In this document: piece by piece, positions 1-8,201 of the stretch | How the letters are laid out: each line of letters opens with the position of its first letter | How positions within the stretch are numbered: position 1 is the first letter of the stretch | IMG/VR virus record: IMGVR_UViG_3300044695_006401 | Direction: 5' to 3' (one strand) | DNA length: 64,000 bases | From: a virus | Taxonomy: Duplodnaviria; Caudoviricetes | Made by a program: the position numbers and the translations under genes | Notes under the pieces: model-generated | Told to the model about the DNA's origin: nothing | Databases searched by the model: none | What the model saw: the letters and a program-made list of their open reading frames with translations, nothing else

Positions 1-2
1 AA

Positions 3-596
3 ACTATAAAAAGACCTCATACAATCCCACTGAAAGTTTTGTGGGTTTTCAATTCCCATTCTATCCCAAATCTTTTCCAAGAAAAAATAAAGGTACTGAT
101 CCACACCAACACTATTTTCAATTCTAAGATTCCTCAAAAAACTTTCTATAGTGAAGTATGTTGGGTTCACTTTCATACTTCGTCCAATAATTTTTTTCTT
201 CTTAGTTGAAAATGTTCCTGAATAAAACATTTTCTTTTTGAAATTGAATGTAAGGTAGTTTGTAACCTTTCTTTCTGTAAAGTACCTACCTCCTACTTTT
301 CTATTTTTTTGGTGAAATTGGAACTTAATTGATATTTTATCATCACCCTCTTCTATAAACAATCTTTGTCTATCAAAATGGACTGATGCAAATGGATTTC
401 CAAAATGCTCAACAAAGGCATCTTCAGTGTGGAATTGAGCATCAGAAAAGAACTTACCTTTATTTTTTGTTTCAACATACAAGCCTAAGATATGTCTATC
501 TTTTTGATTTATATCGCAATAATTAAGATATAAACTAGTTCTATAGTTTTTAATCTCAACAAACTTATGAAATGTTTTACCTTCTACTTCTAACAT
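3..596 (-). CDS. Hypothetical protein, 5' part only (runs off the window start); missing from the ORF track
   Basis: Manual translation from ATG at 596 (MLEVEGKTFHKFVEIKNYRTSLYLNYCDINQ...) stays open to the window edge (198 codons). TATCTTTA lies 4 nt upstream and a terminator lies just above it. Confidence 0.8.
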   Translation of the reverse strand, partial: MLEVEGKTFHKFVEIKNYRTSLYLNYCDINQKDRHILGLYVETKNKGKFFSDAQFHTEDAFVEHFGNPFASVHFDRQRLFIEEGDDKISIKFQFHQKNRKVGGRYFTERKVTNYLTFNFKKKMFYSGTFSTKKKKIIGRSMKVNPTYFTIESFLRNLRIENSVGVDQYLYFFLEKIWDRMGIENPQNFQWDCMRSFYS

Positions 597-609
597 AGAA
601 TAAAGATAT

Positions 610-638
610 AAAAAACCCCCGACTTATTCAACCGGGGG
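610..638 (-). terminator. Rho-independent terminator after ORF 644..931
   Basis: Stem CCCCCG (616-621) / CGGGGG (633-638), followed by a T6 run on the minus strand (610-615). Confidence 0.75.
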
Positions 639-643
639 ATACA

Positions 644-931
644 TCAATTCATAAAAATTTTACCCATGTGGTGATCCATGAATGGTTGGATGTCTTTTTT
701 TATTTGATCTTCTTTCTTGTCTTGATTTAATGAAACCAACAATGATATTAATTGATTTCTTGTTGGTGCAATTTCTTTTTCAGAGTCAAAGTTATTTGTT
801 GCCAATTTTCTAACTTCTTCGTAAAAAATTTCACTATCTATAGTCCCAATTAATAACTTTAACTGATCTGGATTTTTTTTAAAAAACCCGATGAAGTTAG
901 TCATATAAATTTCAATATCTACATTTGCCAT
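644..931 (-). CDS. Hypothetical protein (95 aa)
   Basis: ORF track; own upstream promoter-like element and downstream terminator. Confidence 0.75.
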   Translation of the reverse strand: MANVDIEIYMTNFIGFFKKNPDQLKLLIGTIDSEIFYEEVRKLATNNFDSEKEIAPTRNQLISLLVSLNQDKKEDQIKKDIQPFMDHHMGKIFMN

Positions 932-935
932 ATGA

Positions 936-943
936 CAAAAATA
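936..943 (-). promoter_or_regulatory. Bacteroidota-type -7 element TATTTTTG, 4 nt before ATG 931
   Basis: Matches TAnnTTTG; no clear -33 element. Confidence 0.5.
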
Positions 944-970
944 ATAAAAAAATATTAAATAATATAAATT

Positions 971-2341
971 TTAATCAAAAATGTGCAAATTAGAATCTTC
1001 ACCCGCCATAGCTATTATACTCTCAGGTAATGCAGCTTTATTACTATTCTTTATATTAATTACAGATAGCGATGATAAATTTGCAATACACTCAGGTAGT
1101 TTTTGTAGATTAGGATTGTCAGGTAAAGATAAGAATTGTAATTTAGTTAAGTTACATATAGTTTCAGGTATTGAAGCAACACAACCTACCAAATGAAGTG
1201 CGGTTAATTCTTTGAAATTACCAATTGATTGAGGGATATTTAAATCTAACTTACCTGATTTAGCTATAAACTCTAATCTTGTGATTTGCTTTGGGAGAGT
1301 TTCAAAAAACTCATCAAACCCATAAAGGGCAATAAATTTCGAAGCTGAGTCGCCAGGATAAGAAACTGTTACTTTTTTTCCTTCGTTTTTGTCACTTAAT
1401 CCTTTCATGAATTCAAATTTGAAATATTCTTTCATTCCTTCTTCATTTGTATTCAAAAAGTCAACTAAATCAATTTGTCTATCAGCCGGGTCCATATACT
1501 GATTAGATGGGAAGTGGAATTGGTAACGATTAGCCGGAAGACCAGATACATCACCATATTCTTTATCTGATTGGAATTTTTTACCGGTATTTGGCATTAC
1601 AACATACAGAGGCCCATCTTTAATATAACGGTCAAACCAAGTAAGTCCAGGTGACGATGTACACCATCTTGTTTCACCTTTACCGGGTTCTTGATAAGAA
1701 CCACCATAGAAACACGCAGCGTCCTTACCTAATTTACCTGTATCTGAAATTCTTGCAACTGTCCAGTCAGTGCCTCTATATACAATATCAGCACCGGGGT
1801 GAGCGTATGTCTTAGAAGCCTCTTTCTTTTCAGTAGCACTTGCTTTAGTTTTTTCTAAACTGAAGTCTTTAACATTGTCGTATAATGTTTCAATAGTTAA
1901 TTTATTGATGTCTCTAGCTTCTTGTGGTAAACGATTTTTAAATCTTTCAAATTTTTGTAAGTCACCTGTAACTTTATATAAGTCTTCCAAGAATAAATCT
2001 TGATATTCTTTCATTGCTTGTTTGTATTGTCCTGATTGTGGGTCGGAAACCATCAATGGGTGGTCAGCGGCCAATTTAGGTGAAACAAAGTTTTTTAACA
2101 ACCATTGAGTGTATTTACCAATTTTAACCTTATCCATATCTTCAAGTTTGGCATTATCGATGTCCATTCCTTGTGGAAATTTAGATGTAGGGTCCGCAGC
2201 AATAATTGCAAATAAAGTTTCAAAAGGCATCATACCTTTTTTACCCTTTTCTTTTGGTTTTACGAATTTGTCGAAAAGAACTTGGAATCTTGAGTTTTCA
2301 ACGATTAAGTCTTTTAAGATGTTAGTGAAACTAATAGCCAT
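971..2341 (-). CDS. Phage protein with C-terminal leucine-rich repeats (456 aa)
   Basis: About 4 repeats of LxxLxL...(I/L)PxxIxNL type (IPQSIGNF, IPETICNL, LPECIANL, LPESII). The N-terminal region (RWCTS...GPLYVV...YQFHF) is unassigned. Confidence 0.8.
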   Translation of the reverse strand: MAISFTNILKDLIVENSRFQVLFDKFVKPKEKGKKGMMPFETLFAIIAADPTSKFPQGMDIDNAKLEDMDKVKIGKYTQWLLKNFVSPKLAADHPLMVSDPQSGQYKQAMKEYQDLFLEDLYKVTGDLQKFERFKNRLPQEARDINKLTIETLYDNVKDFSLEKTKASATEKKEASKTYAHPGADIVYRGTDWTVARISDTGKLGKDAACFYGGSYQEPGKGETRWCTSSPGLTWFDRYIKDGPLYVVMPNTGKKFQSDKEYGDVSGLPANRYQFHFPSNQYMDPADRQIDLVDFLNTNEEGMKEYFKFEFMKGLSDKNEGKKVTVSYPGDSASKFIALYGFDEFFETLPKQITRLEFIAKSGKLDLNIPQSIGNFKELTALHLVGCVASIPETICNLTKLQFLSLPDNPNLQKLPECIANLSSLSVINIKNSNKAALPESIIAMAGEDSNLHIFD

Positions 2342-2358
2342 TTTGATATTTTTATTTA

Positions 2359-2366
2359 TATAAATA
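2359..2366 (-). promoter_or_regulatory. TATTTATA motif (putative phage/late promoter)
   Basis: 17 nt upstream of ATG 2341; the same motif recurs before many structural genes. Confidence 0.5.
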
Positions 2367-2389
2367 TTACAATTTTACAAAAACGAAGA

Positions 2390-3229
2390 TTAATAATTCA
2401 TAATTAGTAATTCTTCTCCCATATTTTGTTTTTCTCCTTTCTTTGCTGAAGCAGCTTTAGCGAACTCTTTTTTCACCCAAGTGTATTGGTCTTCAGGGAA
2501 CCATTCGTGAAGTAAATCAAAATCATAGTAAGATAACGAGAACTTACCTTGAATATTGTGTAAGTTTTTTGCCAATCTTTCGTGATCTCCTCTATCAAAA
2601 TCGTGATTGGAGTAATAGTTTTCAGTCTTCCAATAAGGTGGGTCTAAATAGATGTATGTTGATGGTGAATCATATTTAGTTATTACCTCAGCAAAGTCCA
2701 TATTTTCAACATCTGTGATTTTTAGAAAATGATCTACCCAATCAGGTTTTAATAACTTATCTCTGAAGGTAAGAAATTTTGATTTATATTTTCCTTTAAG
2801 GTCAATAAAATTTGAGGTCTCTGGTTTTGAACCACTGAAAACCTGAGTTAGAACATAAACATACTTAGCAGCGGTTTCATAATCGTAAGCCTGTACCCTG
2901 AAATCTTTATTAAAAATATCAGCCTGAAACCTTACAAATTGTTCTTTATAAATCTCGGGAGTTACATCAACACCTTGTTTTTGGCAATCAATATCATTGA
3001 TTGATCTTAATAATTCAGTTGGGTTTTGAACACACTGAAACAAATTGTAATTGAGTGGATTAAAGTCGTTGTAAACAACTTTCTTTAGGTTAGGGTACTG
3101 TTTTAGGTCCATGTTATAAAAACACCAAAACATCCCTCCAAAAGTCTCCAAATAGACTTCCATATTTTTATCATAGAAAGGGACTATCCACTTTCCAATT
3201 TTACTTTTTCCTCCGATATAACTTAACAT
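2390..3229 (-). CDS. dam: DNA adenine methyltransferase (Dam/D12-class N6-MTase), orphan
   Basis: N-terminal YIGGKS, motif I variant ETFGG, YNDFN, catalytic DPPY. Confidence 0.9.
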   Translation of the reverse strand: MLSYIGGKSKIGKWIVPFYDKNMEVYLETFGGMFWCFYNMDLKQYPNLKKVVYNDFNPLNYNLFQCVQNPTELLRSINDIDCQKQGVDVTPEIYKEQFVRFQADIFNKDFRVQAYDYETAAKYVYVLTQVFSGSKPETSNFIDLKGKYKSKFLTFRDKLLKPDWVDHFLKITDVENMDFAEVITKYDSPSTYIYLDPPYWKTENYYSNHDFDRGDHERLAKNLHNIQGKFSLSYYDFDLLHEWFPEDQYTWVKKEFAKAASAKKGEKQNMGEELLIMNY

Positions 3230-3233
3230 ATTA

Positions 3234-3264
3234 CAAATATAGTTTTTTTGATATTTATTTTCAA
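3234..3264 (-). promoter_or_regulatory. Host-type promoter TTG-N20-TATATTTG for dam
   Basis: TATATTTG at 3241-3234 and TTG at 3264-3262; ATG 4 nt downstream. Confidence 0.6.
3252..3259 (+). promoter_or_regulatory. TATTTATT motif on the plus strand, upstream of plus-strand ORF 3289
   Basis: Same motif class as the minus-strand late-type motifs, flipped where the gene orientation flips. It lies inside the dam promoter spacer. Confidence 0.4.
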
Positions 3265-3288
3265 CTAATCACTAATTAAAATATAGGT

Positions 3289-3450
3289 ATGGAAAAAGAA
3301 AAAGCAACAGAAGTTACAGGATGTAATACATGTAAAGGTGGTCTTTCAAACAGACAAAAAGTTATGTTATTTGCTGGATTTTATATGGTTGGGGCAACCT
3401 TGTATTCAACCGTAGAACTATTTGAATACATTTTTAGCATCTTCCAATAA
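3289..3450 (+). CDS. Small CxxC plus single-TM membrane protein (53 aa); missing from the ORF track
   Basis: MEKEKATEVTGCNTCKGGLSNRQKVMLFAGFYMVGATLYSTVELFEYIFSIFQ*; fills the dam-dnaJ gap and overlaps the dnaJ 3' end by 33 nt. Confidence 0.65.
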   Translation: MEKEKATEVTGCNTCKGGLSNRQKVMLFAGFYMVGATLYSTVELFEYIFSIFQ

Positions 3451-4401
3451 TTTATCTAACTTACCGATAGTTTCAGGATCTTTAATGTTTGGTTTTGTCA
3501 CATATACTTTGATGTAGAAATCACCATTACCATCATTAAATTTATACCCTTTACTAGGAACCCTCAATGGTTTTTCACTATCAAAAGTGTCAGGTAATTT
3601 AATTTTTAAATTCCCATCGGGGTGACTTATTTCAATTTGTTCGTCGGATAGTATCTCAATAGGAGTAAGTCTTTTATTTAAAATCAAATCTTTACCAATT
3701 TTTTCATACCCATCTCTTTTAGTCATAATTATTTTGAGTATGACATCCCCCTTGGATCTTGCTTTATTATTAAAGTCACCTTTACCTGCAACCCTCATAA
3801 AATCACCGTCATCAACATTTTTGGGAATAGATACTGATAATTTTTCAAGGGTATTTTTTAATCCGGTACCGTGACAAGCTAAACATCTTTTACTTATTAC
3901 ACTACCCTCCCCTCGACACTGACCACATTGTGTTTGGATCCTTTGTACAAACATACCACTTCCAAACTGTTGTATTATAACACCTGACCCATTACAAACA
4001 TTACAAACCTTTCTATCACCACCGTTTCCATCACAAACATTACAACAATCCGATGAATTAAATTCCAAAACTTTATTAACACCAAAATACGATTCAATTG
4101 GATTAATTTCTAAGTTGATAATTTTGTCGGGAGCTTTCATTGGTGGTCTTCCTCCACCGAACCCATTAAATAAATCTTCCATATTGAATGATCCGAACGG
4201 GTTATTCCTTCTATTATCGTAATCATTTTTTTTGTTTTGATCTCCTAAAATTTCATAGGCCTCAGTTATGTCTTTAAACTTTTCCTCTCCATTTGGGTTT
4301 ACATCTGGATGATATTGTTTACTTAATTTTCTATACGCCTTTTTTATGTCGTCTAAAGTGGTGTTTTCATTTACACCTAATATATCGTAATAATTTTTCA
4401 T
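3418..4401 (-). CDS. dnaJ: Class A DnaJ co-chaperone
   Basis: J domain with HPD (YHPDVNP), short G/F region, four CxxCxGxG repeats (CNVCDGNG, CNVCNGSG, CGQCRGEG, CLACHGTG), C-terminal substrate-binding domain. Confidence 0.95.
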   Translation of the reverse strand: MKNYYDILGVNENTTLDDIKKAYRKLSKQYHPDVNPNGEEKFKDITEAYEILGDQNKKNDYDNRRNNPFGSFNMEDLFNGFGGGRPPMKAPDKIINLEINPIESYFGVNKVLEFNSSDCCNVCDGNGGDRKVCNVCNGSGVIIQQFGSGMFVQRIQTQCGQCRGEGSVISKRCLACHGTGLKNTLEKLSVSIPKNVDDGDFMRVAGKGDFNNKARSKGDVILKIIMTKRDGYEKIGKDLILNKRLTPIEILSDEQIEISHPDGNLKIKLPDTFDSEKPLRVPSKGYKFNDGNGDFYIKVYVTKPNIKDPETIGKLDKLLEDAKNVFK

Positions 4402-5044
4402 GTCTCAAAATTATATAATAGTTTTATTTAAAAATAAGTCAAAAAAGAAACTTATCAAATCATATATTACGGAAAAAACCGCAACTGTCAAGTACAAAGA
4501 GTTGTTAAAGGAAAACGAAAATATATTGTTTGATAAAAAATATGAAAATGCGACTGAGGTCACATACGAGTTAGGTTTATTAACAAATAATCAAAAAACA
4601 CAAAAGAGTTTATTCATTACCGACGATTTAGGAAGAAATATTCCAGTTAATTTGGAAAATCCTGATTATGTTTTTTTAGAGATTCAAAGGTTTAAGGTAG
4701 AAGAAAAAATATTTGATTGGCAAACTAAAGAAAAAATAACTACAATAGAATTTATCAAAAATTATTGTAAAGGTAGGGATCTTAAGAGTATTTTTACATT
4801 ACACAATAAAATATGTGTGCAAATTGACACAGAAGTAAGTGTATTTTCTTTAAAGAATAAAATAGACTCTGAAAGATTTTTAGAGTCTGTTGAGGGTTAT
4901 TTTAGGGATAATGGTCGTTATGATGCGATCTTTGTTAGGGATGTGTCATCTGCACAAAGAAAATGGATTTACAACACATTGGAAGAAAAGGGGTTTGATA
5001 AAAAAAGGCTCTACCGTTTAAAAACTACTTTTTCAAAAAGGTAA
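4400..5044 (+). CDS. Hypothetical protein (214 aa), plus strand
   Basis: Long ORF with no competing minus-strand gene; fills the gap between dnaJ and 5025..5246. Confidence 0.8.
   Translation: MSQNYIIVLFKNKSKKKLIKSYITEKTATVKYKELLKENENILFDKKYENATEVTYELGLLTNNQKTQKSLFITDDLGRNIPVNLENPDYVFLEIQRFKVEEKIFDWQTKEKITTIEFIKNYCKGRDLKSIFTLHNKICVQIDTEVSVFSLKNKIDSERFLESVEGYFRDNGRYDAIFVRDVSSAQRKWIYNTLEEKGFDKKRLYRLKTTFSKR
4413..4443 (-). promoter_or_regulatory. Putative dnaJ promoter TTTG-N19-TATTATAT inside ORF 4400..5044
   Basis: TTTGACT at 4443-4437 and TATTAT at 4420-4415, with the same 19-nt spacing as the ssb and primase promoters. Confidence 0.45.
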
Positions 5045-5246
5045 AATCTACATCACCTATTGATATTATACATTTTAAATCCTCACTATTGTTTCTTAGT
5101 GTTTTTAATAAATTAGAAAAGGTGTCATCGTCTAATGACACCTCAACTTTAATGTCTCCTTTTGATAAGAAGGATTTTTCTAAAATTTCAACTACTTCGG
5201 CTAATTTTGTTAATTCATCCCTAAAGTTTTCAATATTCTTTGCCAT
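5025..5246 (-). CDS. Hypothetical protein (73 aa)
   Basis: ORF track; chained overlaps with neighbours. Confidence 0.65.
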   Translation of the reverse strand: MAKNIENFRDELTKLAEVVEILEKSFLSKGDIKVEVSLDDDTFSNLLKTLRNNSEDLKCIISIGDVDFTFLKK

Positions 5247-5422
5247 AAATTATATTTTTCCTCAACAATAGGCGTATTAATTAATTGGGTGTTTTTATAC
5301 TTTTTGATTTGTTCAGAAAGTTCCTTTTTGTATTTTTCGTTTTGGTTTTCAAAAAGACTTCTTTCATCATTCAAAAGATCAAGATTCTTTTGTATCTCCG
5401 ATATTGATTTCCTCTGCTTCAT
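5210..5422 (-). CDS. Hypothetical coiled-coil protein (70 aa)
   Basis: ORF track; chained overlaps. Confidence 0.6.
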   Translation of the reverse strand: MKQRKSISEIQKNLDLLNDERSLFENQNEKYKKELSEQIKKYKNTQLINTPIVEEKYNLWQRILKTLGMN

Positions 5423-5804
5423 TAGAAATAAGTTTTGTTAATTCCTCCATATCAAATTTTAAACCTTTCAAACTTTCTAAGTTTTTAGTTTCAAAAATAC
5501 TTTTCAACTCTTGTACTTTGGTTTTGAAAAGTCTCTCTTTTTCTTCTCTTTCGATATTAGTTTTCACAATATTGTTGAATACTTCTTCAACTTTATTTAA
5601 AAGGTCTTCTTTATTCTCACATACAAATGAACTTACCATTCCTGAGTCCTGTGTTTCAGTTTGTACTATTTCAATACCATCTGGCATCTTTTTTAACATA
5701 ACCCAAGTATTAGGAAAAATCATGTCCAAACTAACATAATTTTTTAATATCCTAACCGACTTTAGGTATTTGCTTGTTTTATTAATAAATTCACTGTACA
5801 CCAT
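5379..5804 (-). CDS. Hypothetical protein (141 aa)
   Basis: ORF track; C-terminal coiled coil. Confidence 0.7.
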   Translation of the reverse strand: MVYSEFINKTSKYLKSVRILKNYVSLDMIFPNTWVMLKKMPDGIEIVQTETQDSGMVSSFVCENKEDLLNKVEEVFNNIVKTNIEREEKERLFKTKVQELKSIFETKNLESLKGLKFDMEELTKLISNEAEEINIGDTKES

Positions 5805-5805
5805 T

Positions 5806-5997
5806 TTAAATGAAAAAAATATAAGTTATTATGTATGATAAAAATAAACCACTTATCGTAGTTTCAATTATCGACAATTCTAATCTTTGTGGAGGTGTAG
5901 ATAAAAAAGATTTAAAGAACTTAAATATTAATCTACCAATTACCATTACAGAAAAGACGAAAAGGTACATCCCAATAAAACTTAAAAAATTAGTCAT
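5806..5997 (-). CDS. Small two-TM membrane protein (63 aa)
   Basis: Two hydrophobic segments (FLSFIGMYLFVFSVMVIG; IIETTISGLFLSYIITYIFFI). Confidence 0.65.
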   Translation of the reverse strand: MTNFLSFIGMYLFVFSVMVIGRLIFKFFKSFLSTPPQRLELSIIETTISGLFLSYIITYIFFI

Positions 5998-6172
5998 TCG
6001 TTTCTGTTTTACTATGTGTCAAAATCTCTCCTCTTAATTTTTGAACTGCGTTTTTCAATTCTTGTGAAACTTTTCTTGCTCTTACACCCGCAGACTTATT
6101 ACCATTATAAAATTTTGTGGTGTCAACAGAAAGTGTTTCAACTAATGTTTTGATTTGTTCTAGCGTTTCCAT
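5990..6172 (-). CDS. Histone H1-like Hc1-family small basic protein
   Basis: KFYNGNKSAGVRARKVSQELK matches the Bacteroidota Hc1-like pattern KF...GNK(S/A)AG.RARK...ELK. Confidence 0.75.
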   Translation of the reverse strand: METLEQIKTLVETLSVDTTKFYNGNKSAGVRARKVSQELKNAVQKLRGEILTHSKTETND

Positions 6173-6202
6173 TTTTTTATTATTATAAATTTTTATTTTA
6201 TT

Positions 6203-6233
6203 TAACTATAATCCCTTATATCACATATGTAAA
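6203..6233 (-). promoter_or_regulatory. Putative promoter TTTACA-N17-TATAGT upstream of the Hc1-like gene
   Basis: Sigma70-like hexamers at 6233-6228 and 6210-6205 in a 69-bp intergenic gap. Confidence 0.4.
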
Positions 6234-6241
6234 TACAGTTT

Positions 6242-6733
6242 TTATAAAATATTCATGGACCTTTCGAGTACTTTATATATGTCTGTAAAAATTTCAATAT
6301 CGGATTTAGTTTTTTTAGACCTGATGTCAAATAGTTCTTTGAAGAACTTATTTATATTATCTTTGATTTCTTTGTCGGGTTGATCGTAGAATATTTCAAA
6401 AAAGAACGATTCAAAAAATTCAGAGTCGTTATTGTTGAACTTGAAATCTATATTTTCTTTTTGAAAATTTTCAATTGTTTTATTCCAACACCACCTGAAG
6501 TGGTCCTTTTTTTGTTCTATTGTCATTCCAACTCTAGTTTCTTTGTTGTCACTAAAGTCATCACCTAAATATGTTTCTTTTAGTAATTGAAGGAAGGAAA
6601 AACAAAAATCCCTAAATAGTTCTGTAAGTTCTGGTGTGATATTGTTTGCCAAATACCAAGCGGTAATGTCTTCTTGGTCCATTGGTTTGGCCAACCAATC
6701 AAAAAAACGACCCATACTATTATTAGTTTCCAT
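6242..6733 (-). CDS. Hypothetical protein (163 aa)
   Basis: ORF track; aromatic-rich. Confidence 0.75.
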   Translation of the reverse strand: METNNSMGRFFDWLAKPMDQEDITAWYLANNITPELTELFRDFCFSFLQLLKETYLGDDFSDNKETRVGMTIEQKKDHFRWCWNKTIENFQKENIDFKFNNNDSEFFESFFFEIFYDQPDKEIKDNINKFFKELFDIRSKKTKSDIEIFTDIYKVLERSMNIL

Positions 6734-6774
6734 AACTAATAATAATATGGGTCAGTTTAAAATTGTAGATTAGA

Positions 6775-8181
6775 TTATTGGGTTTTTTGTTTATAACCAA
6801 TTAAATCTTTCATTTTTTGAACTTCTGATAAAACTTTTTTGTTTTCAACAGATTCAAGTTTCATTAGTATTTCACTTGCTTCATCTGCGTTTTCACCAGC
6901 AACATCATTGACCGGTTGAGAAGCTTTGTTGTAAGCCTTTTTCTTAAGTTTTGATAATAAATTATTTTTTCTTATGGTATTTCTTTCTTTGTTAACTCCT
7001 GTTTCAACTGCATTTGCCCAATCTGGATTATTACCAGTTCTTGATGATCCTTCGATGTTATCTGTCACCCATTCTTCATCAGGATTGATCCCATCATAAT
7101 CAATATTTTCTAAAGCCGCTGCCGTAAAGTTTTTGATATACTCATCAACTGATTTTGAAGGTATGTAAGCCTTTTTTGACATTTTTTCTATTTCTCCATT
7201 TCCTCTTGGAAAATCTTTTGGGTTCATTTCGTATGAACCTTTAGAACCTTTCTTCAAGTAATCTTTCATTTTTTTAACAACACTTTCAATGTAGTCTTCA
7301 TTTTCTTTTTCAGAAACCTTCAATGATTTTTTTAGTGTTGGGTCGACAGTTTTACTACCTTTTTTATTTTTTTCCTCTAAAACGATGTTTTCAATAATGT
7401 CAATTACTTCATTTTCTGTAAAGAAAATTCTTTCACCTGTAGACTCATTCATATAAAGTTCATAAACATCCTGTTCACTAACTGCTACTTTTCCAGACCA
7501 ATCGTCTTTTTTAGCTCTTTTAGCAAAATAAAGTTGACTCAAATCACTTCTTAATTTGTGAGGAACTTTCTTACCGTCTTTTTGAAATTCTTCTGACTTA
7601 TTTTTTAATTTTTTGATTTCTTTATTTAATTGTTCAATACTTTTGTTTGAGTGGTTTCCCGTTTTTTTAACATCAACATCATTAGACCATTTTTCCTCTA
7701 ATTGTGATTCGTTTTTTACCGGATAGGTTTTACCATCAACTGTAAATGTTTTTTTACCAGCTTCTCTCGCCTTTGCTAATTCACCTGAAAATTCATTTCC
7801 TTCTTCAACCTCATCTTCATCAATTTCTTTGAATCCAATTTCCATATCTGTATCGTACATATCTCTTTCTCTTTCTAAAGAAGTTCTAGTGTCCATATCA
7901 CTATCTCCTCTTAATATACTTTCAATGTCATCAATTGACATTTCTTTAGAGAATCTCTTTTTACCGAATCTTGGGTGTCCGTCATCCATACCACCTAACT
8001 CATCAAGTTGGGCTTCTTTCATATAACCGCACTCATTACATTCATTCTCAACCATTTGTCCTGTACCACATTGTTCGCACATTTCTTTGTTTTCAAATAT
8101 TCTTCTTTTAATATCTGACATTTTATCCGACATTTCTTCAGATAAAACTTTATTAACGATTTTCATAATTTCTTTGTTCAT
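6775..8181 (-). CDS. Modular acidic protein, putative virion/head-internal protein (468 aa)
   Basis: CxxC...CxxC (CEQC/CNEC) near the N-terminus, charged low-complexity modules, TATTTATT motif 4 nt upstream. Confidence 0.7.
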   Translation of the reverse strand: MNKEIMKIVNKVLSEEMSDKMSDIKRRIFENKEMCEQCGTGQMVENECNECGYMKEAQLDELGGMDDGHPRFGKKRFSKEMSIDDIESILRGDSDMDTRTSLERERDMYDTDMEIGFKEIDEDEVEEGNEFSGELAKAREAGKKTFTVDGKTYPVKNESQLEEKWSNDVDVKKTGNHSNKSIEQLNKEIKKLKNKSEEFQKDGKKVPHKLRSDLSQLYFAKRAKKDDWSGKVAVSEQDVYELYMNESTGERIFFTENEVIDIIENIVLEEKNKKGSKTVDPTLKKSLKVSEKENEDYIESVVKKMKDYLKKGSKGSYEMNPKDFPRGNGEIEKMSKKAYIPSKSVDEYIKNFTAAALENIDYDGINPDEEWVTDNIEGSSRTGNNPDWANAVETGVNKERNTIRKNNLLSKLKKKAYNKASQPVNDVAGENADEASEILMKLESVENKKVLSEVQKMKDLIGYKQKTQ

Positions 8182-8185
8182 ACCT

Positions 8186-8193
8186 AATAAATA
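8186..8193 (-). promoter_or_regulatory. TATTTATT motif, 4 nt before ATG 8181
   Basis: Recurrent motif; leaderless geometry. Confidence 0.5.
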
Positions 8194-8201
8194 TCTTTAA
8201 T

